Notes: generated by a model not told the origin, from the letters alone. Counted from the first letter of the stretch, positions 8,385 through 18,508 are shown. The stretch is 64,000 bases of DNA from Desulfomicrobium sp. (GCA_040768745.1 JAXGMI010000001.1:1248001-1312000), one strand, 5' to 3'. Numbers and translations: made by a program.

Positions 8385-10445
8385 ATGGGACTCGACAGAA
8401 GAAGCTTTATTTCTTTGGTGACTGGCGGCGTCGTAGGCAGCCTCTTCACTCCCGTGGTTTGGAAATCCCTTGATGACGTGTCCATCTGGACCCAGAATTG
8501 GTCGTGGGTTCCCCGTCTGAACTACGGCGAGGAAGTGAAGGTTCCGGCATTATGCAAGCTGGGTGCCGATGCATACGGCATCAAGGTCAAAACCGTGGCT
8601 GGGAAGCCGGTCGGGGCTGAGGGCAATCCTGACCATCCGCTGAGCCTGGGTGGGATATGCCCCCTGGGCGCAGCCAGTGTGCAACTCCTGTACAGTCCTT
8701 CCAGGGTGAAAAATCCCAAGGTCAAGGACGGTGATAAATTTAAGGATATCAGCTGGGAAGAGGCCGAGAATCTGTTGGTCGAAAAGCTGAAGGCCGCGGG
8801 ATCAAGCGTGGCGATGATCAGCGGTGACGAGACCGGCTCCGTGTCCGACGTGCTGGCAGGCCTCGTAGGCAAGGCCGGCTCAGACAAGGCGTTCTTCATG
8901 CCCGGTGAAAGCGCCCCTGCGGCGGCGGCGCTAGCCATGCTCGGGGGGGATGGCCAGGTCGGCTACGACATTGAAAATGCGAGCCATGTCCTTCTGCTCG
9001 GGGCCGACGCCTTGGGCTCTTGGGGCAATGTGGCCCGGAATGGTCGGGCCTTCTCCGCCAGCCGGGACAAAAAGATCAAGTACGTATATGTCGGACCGGC
9101 CCAGAACGGGACCTCGGCCGTGGGCGATGTCTGGGTGCCATGCAACGCCGGCACAGAGCCCATTCTGGCCCTGGGTTTGGCTTCCGTGATCCTCAAGGAG
9201 GGCCGCGACCGCTCGACCTGGCCTGGCTACGCCAATTTTGCGAAGTTCCTGGAGGCTCACTACAAGCCGGAACAGGTGTCCGCATTGACTGGTGTTTCCG
9301 CCGAAGTGATCAAAGGGCTGGCTTTGGACCTGATCAAGGCCGGTCGCCCGCTGGTATTGGCGGCATCCGAGTCTGGGCAGGGCCTGGGCGCCATGGAGGC
9401 CGTTGCAGGAATGTATGTGAACATGCTCCTGGAGCGGATCAACGTGGTTGGTGGGGTGCGGGTTCTGCCATGGGCCCCGAAAGTCGTGCAGGCCGCAGCG
9501 AGCAAAAAGGCACTCCTCGGCAATGACCTTGCAGCCTTCTTGTCGACTGTGGCGGATGGCGGGTCAGATGCTCCGGCCGTGCTCCTTGTTCACTCCGCCA
9601 ATCCGGCCTACGCCATGCCGAATCTGGCCAAGGCCCAGGCGGCCATCGACAAGGCGGGTTTTGTGGTGTCCTTCAGCCCCTTCATGGACGAGACCGCAAC
9701 CATGGCCGACCTGATCATGCCCGATTGCTACGCGTTCGAGCGTCTGGATGACGCATATTCACCCTATGGCTCGGGTCAGCCCAACTATACGGTCGCCGCG
9801 GCGGTCATCAAGCCCGTATTCGACACCAAGCCGGCCGGCGACGTCCTGCTCTCTGTCGCTGCCAAGGCCGGTCTGGACCTGGGCTTCGAGAAGTTCGAGG
9901 ACGTGGTCAAGGCCAAGGCCGAGGCCCTGGGTGCCGAAATGGATTCCCTGCTGGAAGGCACTCCGTGGATCGGCAAGGAATACCCTGCCCAGGACCTGGC
10001 CCTGTGGACGAAACCCATGCAGGAAATTCCTGTCGCCTCCGCGGATGGCAAGTCCCTGGCCCTGTCTGCGGTGACGCGTTTGAAGATCGGCAGCGCCAAA
10101 ATCGCCACCCCGCCCTTTGGGACCAACGCCATCCGTTTCAACGAGATGTTTGGCAACGACATGTACGTGCTGGTCAACGGGGCCACGGCCAAGAACCTGG
10201 GTCTGAAAAAGGACGACCTGGTCAAGTTGGCAAATGCCGGCGGCGAGTGCAAAGCCAGAGTCGGCATCTTTGAGGGAGTGATGAACGATACCGTGGTGGC
10301 TCCGTTGGGTTTTGGCCACACTGCCTGGGACGGTTTTTCCAGAGGCAAGGGAGATAACGTCTTCAAGCTCTTGACCGCAGAAGTTGAGGCCAAGACCGGT
10401 ATTTCACGGCTTGGCGCGGTTCGGGTCACTGTCAGCAAGGCGTAA
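8385..10445 (+). CDS. qrcB: Qrc complex molybdopterin-oxidoreductase-like subunit
   Basis: Tat signal DRRSFI; WTQNW, GNPDHPLSLGGICPLG. Confidence 0.9.
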   Translation: MGLDRRSFISLVTGGVVGSLFTPVVWKSLDDVSIWTQNWSWVPRLNYGEEVKVPALCKLGADAYGIKVKTVAGKPVGAEGNPDHPLSLGGICPLGAASVQLLYSPSRVKNPKVKDGDKFKDISWEEAENLLVEKLKAAGSSVAMISGDETGSVSDVLAGLVGKAGSDKAFFMPGESAPAAAALAMLGGDGQVGYDIENASHVLLLGADALGSWGNVARNGRAFSASRDKKIKYVYVGPAQNGTSAVGDVWVPCNAGTEPILALGLASVILKEGRDRSTWPGYANFAKFLEAHYKPEQVSALTGVSAEVIKGLALDLIKAGRPLVLAASESGQGLGAMEAVAGMYVNMLLERINVVGGVRVLPWAPKVVQAAASKKALLGNDLAAFLSTVADGGSDAPAVLLVHSANPAYAMPNLAKAQAAIDKAGFVVSFSPFMDETATMADLIMPDCYAFERLDDAYSPYGSGQPNYTVAAAVIKPVFDTKPAGDVLLSVAAKAGLDLGFEKFEDVVKAKAEALGAEMDSLLEGTPWIGKEYPAQDLALWTKPMQEIPVASADGKSLALSAVTRLKIGSAKIATPPFGTNAIRFNEMFGNDMYVLVNGATAKNLGLKKDDLVKLANAGGECKARVGIFEGVMNDTVVAPLGFGHTAWDGFSRGKGDNVFKLLTAEVEAKTGISRLGAVRVTVSKA

Positions 10446-10485
10446 CGTTTCTTGAGCACCTGGAGAAAAGAAGAGGATACCCACA

Positions 10486-11256
10486 ATGCAAGCAAAAGAA
10501 TTCAAGGTGAAATGGGGCATGGTCATTGACCTTGACAAGTGCACCGGCTGCGGCGCCTGCGCCGTGGCCTGCAAGGCGGAGAACAACCTGCCCCCGGAAG
10601 TCGACGCGTCCAACAAGCTGCGGACCACCGACTGGATGAACATATATGAGCTGTCAAACGAGAAACCCTTTCCCGAACACCAGGTCGCCTATCTGCCCAG
10701 GCCGTGCATGCAGTGCGGCAAGCCATCCTGCTCCACGGTCTGTCCCGTGGTGGCGACCTTGAAGGACGAAGAGGGCGGCATCGTCAGCCAGATCTATCCC
10801 CGTTGTATCGGGTGCCGGTACTGTATGGCGGCCTGTCCGTATCATGCCCGTTATTTCAACTGGTTTGATCCGATCTGGCCCGAGGGTATGGAAAAGACCT
10901 TGACCCCGTATGTTTCGGCACGTCCACGTGGCGTGGTGGAGAAGTGTACATTCTGCCATCATCGTTTCAACGCAGCCAAGGAACAGGCGCGCATGAACGG
11001 AGAAAACCCGACGGAGCTGCCAGAGAATGCGTATATCCCGGCGTGCGCGGAGATCTGCCCGACCGGAGCCATCAAATTCGGCAACCTCAACAATCCCGAG
11101 CACGAAGTTAGCAAGCTGGCCGCGTCCAAGAACGCTTTCCGCCTGCTGGCCAAGCTCGGCACCGACCCGCAGGTGTACTACTACTCCAAGCGTGAATGGG
11201 TGCGCAAACTCGGGGACAACTACCTGAAGAACGCGAAGGGGGGAGAACATGTCTGA
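10486..11256 (+). CDS. qrcC: Qrc complex 4Fe-4S subunit
   Basis: CTGCGACAVAC, CMQCGKPSC..VCP, CIGCRYCMAACPY, CTFC. Confidence 0.92.
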   Translation: MQAKEFKVKWGMVIDLDKCTGCGACAVACKAENNLPPEVDASNKLRTTDWMNIYELSNEKPFPEHQVAYLPRPCMQCGKPSCSTVCPVVATLKDEEGGIVSQIYPRCIGCRYCMAACPYHARYFNWFDPIWPEGMEKTLTPYVSARPRGVVEKCTFCHHRFNAAKEQARMNGENPTELPENAYIPACAEICPTGAIKFGNLNNPEHEVSKLAASKNAFRLLAKLGTDPQVYYYSKREWVRKLGDNYLKNAKGGEHV

Positions 11257-12484
11257 TAGAGCGTACTGGCCCGAAGGGGTGGAACGGTGTTCTGTTGGAA
11301 AGTTCCTGGCCTGGCTGGGCGTGATCAGTATCTTCCTCGCCTGGGGCGGATACGGGGCGTTCAAGGTCCTGGGAACCGGTATCGGCGTGACGGGTCTGGA
11401 CAACTATTTCGGGTTCGGCCTGTGGATCACCTTTGACTTGGCGGTCATCGCCCTGGGCGCCGGAGCCTTTTTCTCCGGCTTCCTGCGTTACATCATCCGC
11501 ATCGATGAGCTGAAAAACATCATCAACCTGGCGGTCATTGTCGGATTCCTGTGCTATTCCGGCGCCATGCTCGTCCTGGTGCTCGACGTCGGGCAGCCCC
11601 TGCGGGCCTGGTTCGGCTACTGGCACCCCAACGTCCATTCCATGCTGACGGAAGTCATCTTCTGTATCACCTGTTACTTGACCGTCCTGATCATCGAGTA
11701 CGTGCCGATCATCCTGGAAAACCGCAAGATCAACGAGAACAAGTTCTGCCACCACCTGGCCCACAACTTCCATGTGTACATGCCGCTCTTCGCCGGCATC
11801 GGCACTTTCCTGTCCTTCTTCCATCAGGGTTCCCTGGGCGGTATGTACGGTGTGCTCTTCGGCCGCCCGTTCGTGTATCGCGAAGGCTTCTTCATCTGGC
11901 CCTGGACGTTCTTCCTGTTCATCTCCTCGGCCATCGCCACGGGCCCCGGCTTCACCATGCTCTGTGCCACGCTGATGGAAACCATCACCGGCCGCAAACT
12001 GGTCAGTTACGAAACCAAGAAGCTCATGGGCAAGATTTCCGGTCTGCTCCTGTGCTTTTACATGTTCTTCAAGATTCTGGACACGTATGCCTGGGCCAAG
12101 GGCATCCTGCCCGGCATGGGTCTGACCTTCGAGCAGATGTACAACAGCGAGTACGGCTATGGCATCGGTTTGCTGTGGGCTGAACTGGTTGTGTGCGGGC
12201 TGCTGCCAGCCCTCATGCTCATCCTGCCCGCGGTGCGCAACCGTCCGGCGCTGATGTACATTGCCGCGGTCCTGGCAGCCATCGGCGTGACCATCAACCG
12301 GTTCGTCTTCACGGTGCAAGGCCTGGCCATCCCGGTCATGCCCTTTGACCGCTGGACCTCCTACATGCCCAACTGGGCCGAGTGGTCCACATCCCTCATG
12401 ATCGTGGCCTACGGATTCCTGGTCATGAGCCTGTCCTACCGCTACCTGCCGATCTTCCCTCAGGAAGTGAAGCTGAACAAGTAG
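11249..12484 (+). CDS. qrcD: Qrc complex NrfD/PsrC-family membrane subunit
   Basis: Polytopic; GLWITFDL, DVGQPLR, SFFHQGSLGG. Confidence 0.92.
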   Translation: MSDRAYWPEGVERCSVGKFLAWLGVISIFLAWGGYGAFKVLGTGIGVTGLDNYFGFGLWITFDLAVIALGAGAFFSGFLRYIIRIDELKNIINLAVIVGFLCYSGAMLVLVLDVGQPLRAWFGYWHPNVHSMLTEVIFCITCYLTVLIIEYVPIILENRKINENKFCHHLAHNFHVYMPLFAGIGTFLSFFHQGSLGGMYGVLFGRPFVYREGFFIWPWTFFLFISSAIATGPGFTMLCATLMETITGRKLVSYETKKLMGKISGLLLCFYMFFKILDTYAWAKGILPGMGLTFEQMYNSEYGYGIGLLWAELVVCGLLPALMLILPAVRNRPALMYIAAVLAAIGVTINRFVFTVQGLAIPVMPFDRWTSYMPNWAEWSTSLMIVAYGFLVMSLSYRYLPIFPQEVKLNK

Positions 12485-12500
12485 GGTGCGTGCGCTCCCC

Positions 12501-12530
12501 ACAAAAAAGGCCCTGCGGGGCCTTTTTTGT
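12501..12530. terminator. Terminator of the qrc operon
   Basis: ACAAAAAAGGCCC-TGCG-GGGCCTTTTTTGT inverted repeat. Confidence 0.85.
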
Positions 12531-12655
12531 TCCCCTTTCGTAAAGGGGTTCCGTGTTGTCGCGGATACGGGATGATCGAGAAGGGCATTGCGCCAAGCAT
12601 AACAAAAGGATGAACAAGCGTCGTGGGATCTGATGTGCGGGAGGCGCGGGGCGAT

Positions 12656-13846
12656 ATGAGCACAGTCCTGTCGGCTTCCATTCTCAAGTTGAACGTGTTC
12701 GCGGCCCTGAAGATGACCCTTTTCCCCATGGCCGTGATCACCATCTTCTGGAAGGACCGGATCGGTCTGTCCCTTACCGAGATACTGATGCTGCAGGCCT
12801 TTTTTTCGGCAGCCAGCGTGGTCATGGAGTACCCTTCCGGGTATGTCAGCGACAGACTGGGATATCGCCGCGCTTTGATTGTGGCCTGTATCCTCGGCAT
12901 CCTCGGGTGGGGCTGGTATCTTGTGGCGACCTCGTTTTGGGGGGTCTTGGGAGCTGAATTGCTTTTGGGCGTGTCCTATGCATTCATCAGCGGTTCGGAT
13001 ACGGCCTTGCTCTTTGAGATCCTGCAGGCCGAGAACCGTGTTGAGCTCTACACCCGTTGCGACGGTCGGATGGTGAGCTGGGCCCAGGGTGGGGAGGCTG
13101 CCGGGGCCCTCGCTGCAGGGATCATGTACAGCACATCCCCCCTCCTGCCTTTTGTGGCCCAGACCGGCGTATGGGTGCTGGCCCTTGGCCTGTGCCTGAC
13201 TCTGCACGAGCCCCGGGCCAAGACCTTGAGGCCGGTCACATCCCATCTTTCCGAGGCCCTGGGCGTATGCAGGTACGCCCTGCGCGAAAATTCGGGCATC
13301 CGCTCGACCATGCTGCATGGCATGCTTCTGGGGCTGGCCTCGTTTTACCTGGTCTGGCTCATCCAACCGTACATGCAGTACTGTGGAGTGCCCCTGGACT
13401 GGTTCGGCCCGGCATGGGCCGGGGCCAATCTGGTGGTGGCCCTGGCAGCGGCAAACAGCCATCGGGTGCAGTCCTGCCTGGGCCTGGCAGGCATGAACAT
13501 CCTTTTTTTCGTCCTTGTCGTTACGGCCTATGCTGGCCTGGGGCTGACTGCGGCGCCAGGCGGGTTCCTCTTTTACTATCTGCTGACGGCCATGCGCGGG
13601 CTGCAGGGGCCTCTCATGCGCGCCCGCCTGCAGAACGCCAGCGAGCGCAGCAACAGGGCAAGCATCCTGTCCCTGCACAGCCTGCTTTTCCGTCTTGGTT
13701 TTGTCCTGACCGGCCCCTTGGTGGGCGGTCTTGCTGATGGCCAGGGGCTTCCCGTCACCTTTTTCGTTGTGGGCGGCCTGTTTGCCGTTATCCTCCCGGT
13801 CAGCGGGAGGGTATTTGTGCGTCACAATGCATCTGCCAGCGGCTGA
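12656..13846 (+). CDS. MFS transporter
   Basis: About 12 TM segments; EYPSGYVSDRLGYRR motif A; SGSDTALL. Confidence 0.85.
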   Translation: MSTVLSASILKLNVFAALKMTLFPMAVITIFWKDRIGLSLTEILMLQAFFSAASVVMEYPSGYVSDRLGYRRALIVACILGILGWGWYLVATSFWGVLGAELLLGVSYAFISGSDTALLFEILQAENRVELYTRCDGRMVSWAQGGEAAGALAAGIMYSTSPLLPFVAQTGVWVLALGLCLTLHEPRAKTLRPVTSHLSEALGVCRYALRENSGIRSTMLHGMLLGLASFYLVWLIQPYMQYCGVPLDWFGPAWAGANLVVALAAANSHRVQSCLGLAGMNILFFVLVVTAYAGLGLTAAPGGFLFYYLLTAMRGLQGPLMRARLQNASERSNRASILSLHSLLFRLGFVLTGPLVGGLADGQGLPVTFFVVGGLFAVILPVSGRVFVRHNASASG

Positions 13847-13920
13847 AAAGGCTGTTTTCACCCTGTGAGCAGACCTGTGGAAAAGGTTTTGGTTGCGGCA
13901 GGGCTTGCGTTGCATTATAC

Positions 13921-14080
13921 AGCTTATGTTCTGCATAACACCTTCGGGTGTAAGGGAATCCGGTGCAAGCCCGGAACGGTCCCGCCGCTGTGACCCTGCA
14001 CATGCCGCGCATCACATGCCACTGCCGATTCCGGTGGGAAGGCGATGTGTGGCGGGGGAGTCAGAAAACCTGCCTGAAGC
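13921..14080 (+). ncRNA. Cobalamin riboswitch
   Basis: AAGGGAATCCGGTGCAAGCCCGGAACGGTCCCGCCGCTGTGA, GCCACTG..GGGAAGGC and B12-box GAGTCAGAAAACCTGCC; upstream of nrdG-nrdD. Confidence 0.92.
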
Positions 14081-14149
14081 ATTTCTCGTAACCCTCTGCA
14101 CGCGGATGCAGGGTGTTGGGACATTCACCAATCATCACGTTGAGAACTC

Positions 14150-14773
14150 ATGGCTGACACGACCCCGGCCTGGGAGCGCGTGCGCGGCATTGTCCCGGTA
14201 AGTCTTTGCGACTGGCCGGGAAAGATCGTGTGCGTCCTTTTTGCCGGAGGATGCAACCTGCGCTGCCCGACATGCCACAATCCGACCCTGGCCTGGAACT
14301 GGCAGATGCTGCCGACCCTTGGCCGCGATGGAGTGTTGACTGACTTGCGTCGCCGCAGGCGCTGGCTGGACGGACTCACCCTATCGGGAGGCGAGCCGAC
14401 AGCTTTGGAAGGGCTGGAGGAGCTGCTGAACGATCTGGCCGCAGCCGGTCTGCCCATCAAACTGGATACCAACGGCTCTGCTCCGGCGGTGTTGGAGCGG
14501 TTGTTGCGTGCCGGCCTGGTCCAGACCCTGGCCGTGGACGTGAAAGGTCCGTGGGAGTTGTACCCGGACTTAACCGGCCAGACAATGTCGGCCATGGATG
14601 CGTTGGGCCGCCTGGAGCAGATCTTCGAGTTGGCCCGGGAGTTTCCGGATCGGATTTACTTCCGCTGCACCAAGGTGCCGCGCCTTTCGGAAGCCGACCT
14701 TGTCCGGACCAGGGCCCAGGTCCCGTCGGATCTGCCCCTTGTGTTTCAGGATTTCGTTCCGGCGATGACGTGA
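14150..14773 (+). CDS. nrdG: Anaerobic ribonucleotide reductase activating enzyme (radical SAM)
   Basis: GCNLRCPTCHNP, SGGEPT, KLDTNG; adjacent to nrdD. Confidence 0.9.
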   Translation: MADTTPAWERVRGIVPVSLCDWPGKIVCVLFAGGCNLRCPTCHNPTLAWNWQMLPTLGRDGVLTDLRRRRRWLDGLTLSGGEPTALEGLEELLNDLAAAGLPIKLDTNGSAPAVLERLLRAGLVQTLAVDVKGPWELYPDLTGQTMSAMDALGRLEQIFELAREFPDRIYFRCTKVPRLSEADLVRTRAQVPSDLPLVFQDFVPAMT

Positions 14774-14815
14774 TTTTTCGTGAACCCAGTACTGCCGACC
14801 AAAATTGGAGAATAC

Positions 14816-16876
14816 ATGCCTCAGCATATTGTCAAACGTGATGGCCGGATCGAAACGTGGTCTTTGGACCGCATCACCCAGGCAATCCTGAAGTCTCTCA
14901 ACGCGAGCGGAATCAAGGATCCCCTCCTGGCCAAGCGTCTTGCCGGCAAGGTCGAAGCCAAGCTGGAGGGTCTGTCCAGCCCTGAGCAGGAAATGGTCCA
15001 GGATACGGTTGAGCAGGTTTTGATGGAGTCCCGGCTCTACCATGTGGCCCGGCGTTACATCGTCTATCGCGAGAAGAGGCGTCAGATCCGCAGTCAGACC
15101 GAGACATTTCTGGATGTGACCGAGACCATCGACAGCTACCTGAACAAATCCGACTGGCGGGTCAGTGAAAACGCCAACATGGCCCACTCGTTTCAGGGGC
15201 TCATGCTGCATCTGTCTGGGTCTGTGCAGGCCAGATACACCTTGGAAAAATATCCGGAGGAAATCCGGCAGGCCCATGAGCACGGCTATTTTCATATTCA
15301 TGACTTGTCCTTTGGCCTGGCCGGATACTGCGCTGGCTGGTCTCTGCGCGACCTGTTGCTGGAAGGCTTCAACCTGGAGGGCCGCTGCTCGTCCGGGCCT
15401 CCGCGTCATTTCGACGCAGCCATGGGCCAGATGGTCAATTTTCTTGGCACGTTGCAAAATGAATGGGCCGGGGCCCAGGCGTTCAACAACGTGGACACCT
15501 ACCTCGCCCCATTCGTCCGTCACGATGGGCTGAGTTACGACGAGGTCAAGCAGGCCATGCAGAAGTTCGTGTTCAACCTGAACACGACCTCGCGTTGGGG
15601 TGGACAAAGTCCTTTCACCAACCTGACTTTCGATCTGACCCCGCCGGCCCATATCGCCGCCGAGGCGGTCATTATTGGCGGCAGCCTCCAGGACAGCACG
15701 TACGGCGAGTTCACGGCAGAAATGGAGATGATCAATCGGGCCTTTCTGGAAGTCATGCTCAAGGGTGACTACCACGGACGGATTTTTTCCTTTCCCATCC
15801 CGACCTACAACGTGACCCCGGATTTTCCCTGGGAATCCGAGGTGGGCGAACTTTTGTTGAGGCTCACGGCCAAGTATGGGGCACCCTATTTCCAGAATTT
15901 CATCAATTCAGACCTGAAACCCGAAGATGTGCGGTCCATGTGCTGCCGTTTGCAGATGGATCTGCGGGAACTCAGGAAGCGCACGGGCGGGCTGTTCGGA
16001 GCAGGCGATCTGACCGGATCCATCGGGGTGGTGACCTTGAACCTGCCCAAGCTGGCCTATCTGGCCCAGGGCGAGGAGGATTTTCTGGATCTGGTCGGAG
16101 AATACGCCGGCCTGGCCAAGGATTCCCTGGAGTTCAAGCGCAAGATGGTGGTGGACAACATGGACAAGGGCATGTTCCCTTTTTCCCAGAGGTACCTGAA
16201 AAGCGGCTTCCGCAACCACTTCAGTACAATCGGGTTGCTGGGTGGCCACGAGGCGTGTCTGAACCTGCTGGGCAAGGGCATAGACACCGAGGCCGGGATC
16301 CGGCTCATGATCCGAACCCTTGATTACCTGCGGGGACTGACCGCACATTTCCAGGAAGAAACCGGCAACCTCTACAATCTGGAGGCCACTCCTGCCGAGG
16401 GAACCAGTTACCGTCTGGCCAAGATAGACAAGAAGCTCTACGCCGACATCCAGGTTTCGGGCAACGGTGTCCCGTACTACACCAATTCTACCCTGCTGCC
16501 CGTGGGGCACACGGCCGATGTGTTCACGGCCCTGGAGCATCAGAACAGGCTTCAGCCGCTGTACACGGGCGGCACGGTGTTCCACAGCTTTCTGGGCGAG
16601 TCGGTGCCGGATGTCGCGGCCCTGCGCAGCTTCATTGTCAGGGCGCTGAGCGAAACAAAGATACCCTATATCTCCATCACCCCGACGTTTTCGGTGTGCA
16701 AGGATCATGGGTACTTGACCGGGGAGCAGTCCACGTGCCCGCGGTGCGGTCAGGAGACCGAAGTCTACACGCGGGTTGTGGGTTACTACCGGCCGGTGAA
16801 GATGTGGAACAAGGGCAAGCAGGCAGAGTACAAGGACCGGGTCGAATATTCCCCGTCCTCGTGCTTCAGGACGTAA
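14816..16876 (+). CDS. nrdD: Class III anaerobic ribonucleoside-triphosphate reductase with ATP-cone
   Basis: IVKRDG ATP-cone, SMCCRL finger loop, YNLEATPAEG, CKDHG..CPRCG, TRVVGYY glycyl-radical motif. Confidence 0.95.
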   Translation: MPQHIVKRDGRIETWSLDRITQAILKSLNASGIKDPLLAKRLAGKVEAKLEGLSSPEQEMVQDTVEQVLMESRLYHVARRYIVYREKRRQIRSQTETFLDVTETIDSYLNKSDWRVSENANMAHSFQGLMLHLSGSVQARYTLEKYPEEIRQAHEHGYFHIHDLSFGLAGYCAGWSLRDLLLEGFNLEGRCSSGPPRHFDAAMGQMVNFLGTLQNEWAGAQAFNNVDTYLAPFVRHDGLSYDEVKQAMQKFVFNLNTTSRWGGQSPFTNLTFDLTPPAHIAAEAVIIGGSLQDSTYGEFTAEMEMINRAFLEVMLKGDYHGRIFSFPIPTYNVTPDFPWESEVGELLLRLTAKYGAPYFQNFINSDLKPEDVRSMCCRLQMDLRELRKRTGGLFGAGDLTGSIGVVTLNLPKLAYLAQGEEDFLDLVGEYAGLAKDSLEFKRKMVVDNMDKGMFPFSQRYLKSGFRNHFSTIGLLGGHEACLNLLGKGIDTEAGIRLMIRTLDYLRGLTAHFQEETGNLYNLEATPAEGTSYRLAKIDKKLYADIQVSGNGVPYYTNSTLLPVGHTADVFTALEHQNRLQPLYTGGTVFHSFLGESVPDVAALRSFIVRALSETKIPYISITPTFSVCKDHGYLTGEQSTCPRCGQETEVYTRVVGYYRPVKMWNKGKQAEYKDRVEYSPSSCFRT

Positions 16877-16908
16877 GGTCGCTCACTATCCGGGAATCAG
16901 ATATCAAT

Positions 16909-16942
16909 GAACGGCCGGGCTGGGTTGCAGTCCGGCCGTTTC
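16909..16942. terminator. Hairpin terminator between nrdD and the convergent lipoprotein gene
   Basis: AACGGCCGGGCTG...CAGTCCGGCCGTTT. Confidence 0.6.
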
Positions 16943-17023
16943 GCGTTTTCATCCGCCCTGCCGCGGTGCGTCAGCCGTGCTGCTCAAGGATGCCGAAGGC
17001 AGGTGGTGCGGGAAATCGTCTGG

Positions 17024-17737
17024 TCACTTGTTAACCAGCGAGAATTTTTTGAGCTGCACGGCGCCCGGCGGGGGTTGCTCCACATAATGCGGCCACTGGG
17101 CGCTCTCGACATAAAAGATGCTCGAATCCCGATACAGGTAGGAGCCCTGGTAGGTGAAGGAGGAGTTGACCTGGATTTCGCCGTCAGGAGTCTGGGCCGA
17201 GAATTGGCCACTTTCCTCGGCGACCAGGGGGAGGGGCCGATAGGCACCCTGGTCGTCCTTGAGCTGCCTGAATCCTGGCTCCAGGGACATCCGCACACCC
17301 TCCGCGGTCTTGGTCAGGGTGCGGGCATGGGCGAGAAAATTGACATTGACCTCCAGGATAATCGCCCCTTCAGGGGAGGGGGCTGTTGGCACACCGTACG
17401 CCACGAGGTGGGTGAGCAGGGACTCCCGCAGGGCCTTTGCAAAGGGCGTATGGCCAGCTTGAGGGACAAAGACCGCAACCCCGCCCTGGGGGAAAAAATG
17501 CCCCAACGCTTTGCTGCCGTGTTCGGCCACCTTGGCGGCCAGGTTGTCCCAATGCTGCAGGGCCTGCATCTTGGGTTGGGTGCTGAGCAGGTATCCGGTG
17601 GGGACAGGTACCTGGGCTGTGGCCATCAGGCGCGCATTGCTTGAGTCCGTCCGCAGGGACGAACACCCGACCAGGGCGTTATGAACCAGCAGGACCAGCA
17701 GGATCATGGGCGTGAAGAACTTGGTGTCTTTGTTCAT
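17024..17737 (-). CDS. Hypothetical lipoprotein
   Basis: Signal peptide with LVGC lipobox; QPKMQALQHW segment. Confidence 0.7.
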   Translation of the reverse strand: MNKDTKFFTPMILLVLLVHNALVGCSSLRTDSSNARLMATAQVPVPTGYLLSTQPKMQALQHWDNLAAKVAEHGSKALGHFFPQGGVAVFVPQAGHTPFAKALRESLLTHLVAYGVPTAPSPEGAIILEVNVNFLAHARTLTKTAEGVRMSLEPGFRQLKDDQGAYRPLPLVAEESGQFSAQTPDGEIQVNSSFTYQGSYLYRDSSIFYVESAQWPHYVEQPPPGAVQLKKFSLVNK

Positions 17738-17840
17738 GCTGAAGGAATCGGCGAAAACGGGAAAAACTTTAGACGCAGCGGGTTGGCACAGGGTGTGCTT
17801 TGCAAGTGCCGGATGTCATTTTTTTGCCGGAGGGTCCATC

Positions 17841-18413
17841 ATGCCCAAATTCTTTGCCGCTATTTTTCTCGTCATCCTGGCCGCATGCACGTCTTTGACG
17901 GGCATCACCCCGGCTGATTCAGGGAACAGTGAACCCAACCTGATGGAGGTGTCCTACAAAGCCGCCGACCATCTGCACGGGCAACTGGCCGGCAGCGGGG
18001 TGGCCGCATATCCCATGCTGGCAGCTGCGTTTGTCGATTCGGCCGATGTCGGGATCACCAATGATGCAGGTCGCCTCATTTCGGAACAGATCGCCTCACG
18101 TTTGAGCCAGCTCGGCTATTCACTGGCCGAAGTCCAACTGCGGGCGGATCAGCTGGCCGTGCTGCCCGGGGGTGGGGTCTTTGCCCTGTCCAGGGATCTG
18201 ACCCGGATCAATGCCGACGCATACGCCTATTCCATCCTGCTCGGGACGTATACGGTCGTTGGCCGCCAGATTTACTTCAATGCCAGGGTGTTGCGGACCA
18301 GCGATGGCGTGGCTCTGGCCTCGTCTGACTTTTCCCTGCCGTATGTCCGCCTGCCCCGCTCTGCGCGCGGGAGTGTCGTCGCCCTGCCGTCGGTCGGTAC
18401 CCGGCTGGAATGA
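17841..18413 (+). CDS. FlgO-domain lipoprotein
   Basis: LAAC lipobox; GRLISEQIASRLSQLGY..EVQLR, FALSRDL, LLGTY, NARVLR. Confidence 0.75.
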   Translation: MPKFFAAIFLVILAACTSLTGITPADSGNSEPNLMEVSYKAADHLHGQLAGSGVAAYPMLAAAFVDSADVGITNDAGRLISEQIASRLSQLGYSLAEVQLRADQLAVLPGGGVFALSRDLTRINADAYAYSILLGTYTVVGRQIYFNARVLRTSDGVALASSDFSLPYVRLPRSARGSVVALPSVGTRLE

Positions 18414-18459
18414 TTTTTTGAGTTGGAGGTCCCTTTCGGGCTTGTTTTTAAGTCTCCCA

Positions 18460-18485
18460 TGACATATTATAATTAACATATGTCA
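18460..18485. promoter_or_regulatory. Palindromic operator upstream of tupA
   Basis: TGACATAT-N10-ATATGTCA perfect 8-bp arms; spacer begins with TATAAT. Confidence 0.65.
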
Positions 18486-18508
18486 CACTTCACCTATTGG
18501 GAGGAATT

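Noticed and set aside
8385..10445. Formate dehydrogenase or nitrate reductase catalytic subunit
   Set aside because: It lacks the N-terminal 4Fe-4S Cys cluster, and the operon order matches QrcB.
11108..13936. 942-aa minus-strand ORF
   Set aside because: Antisense shadow of qrcD and the MFS gene, expected from high-GC codon bias; no recognisable motifs.
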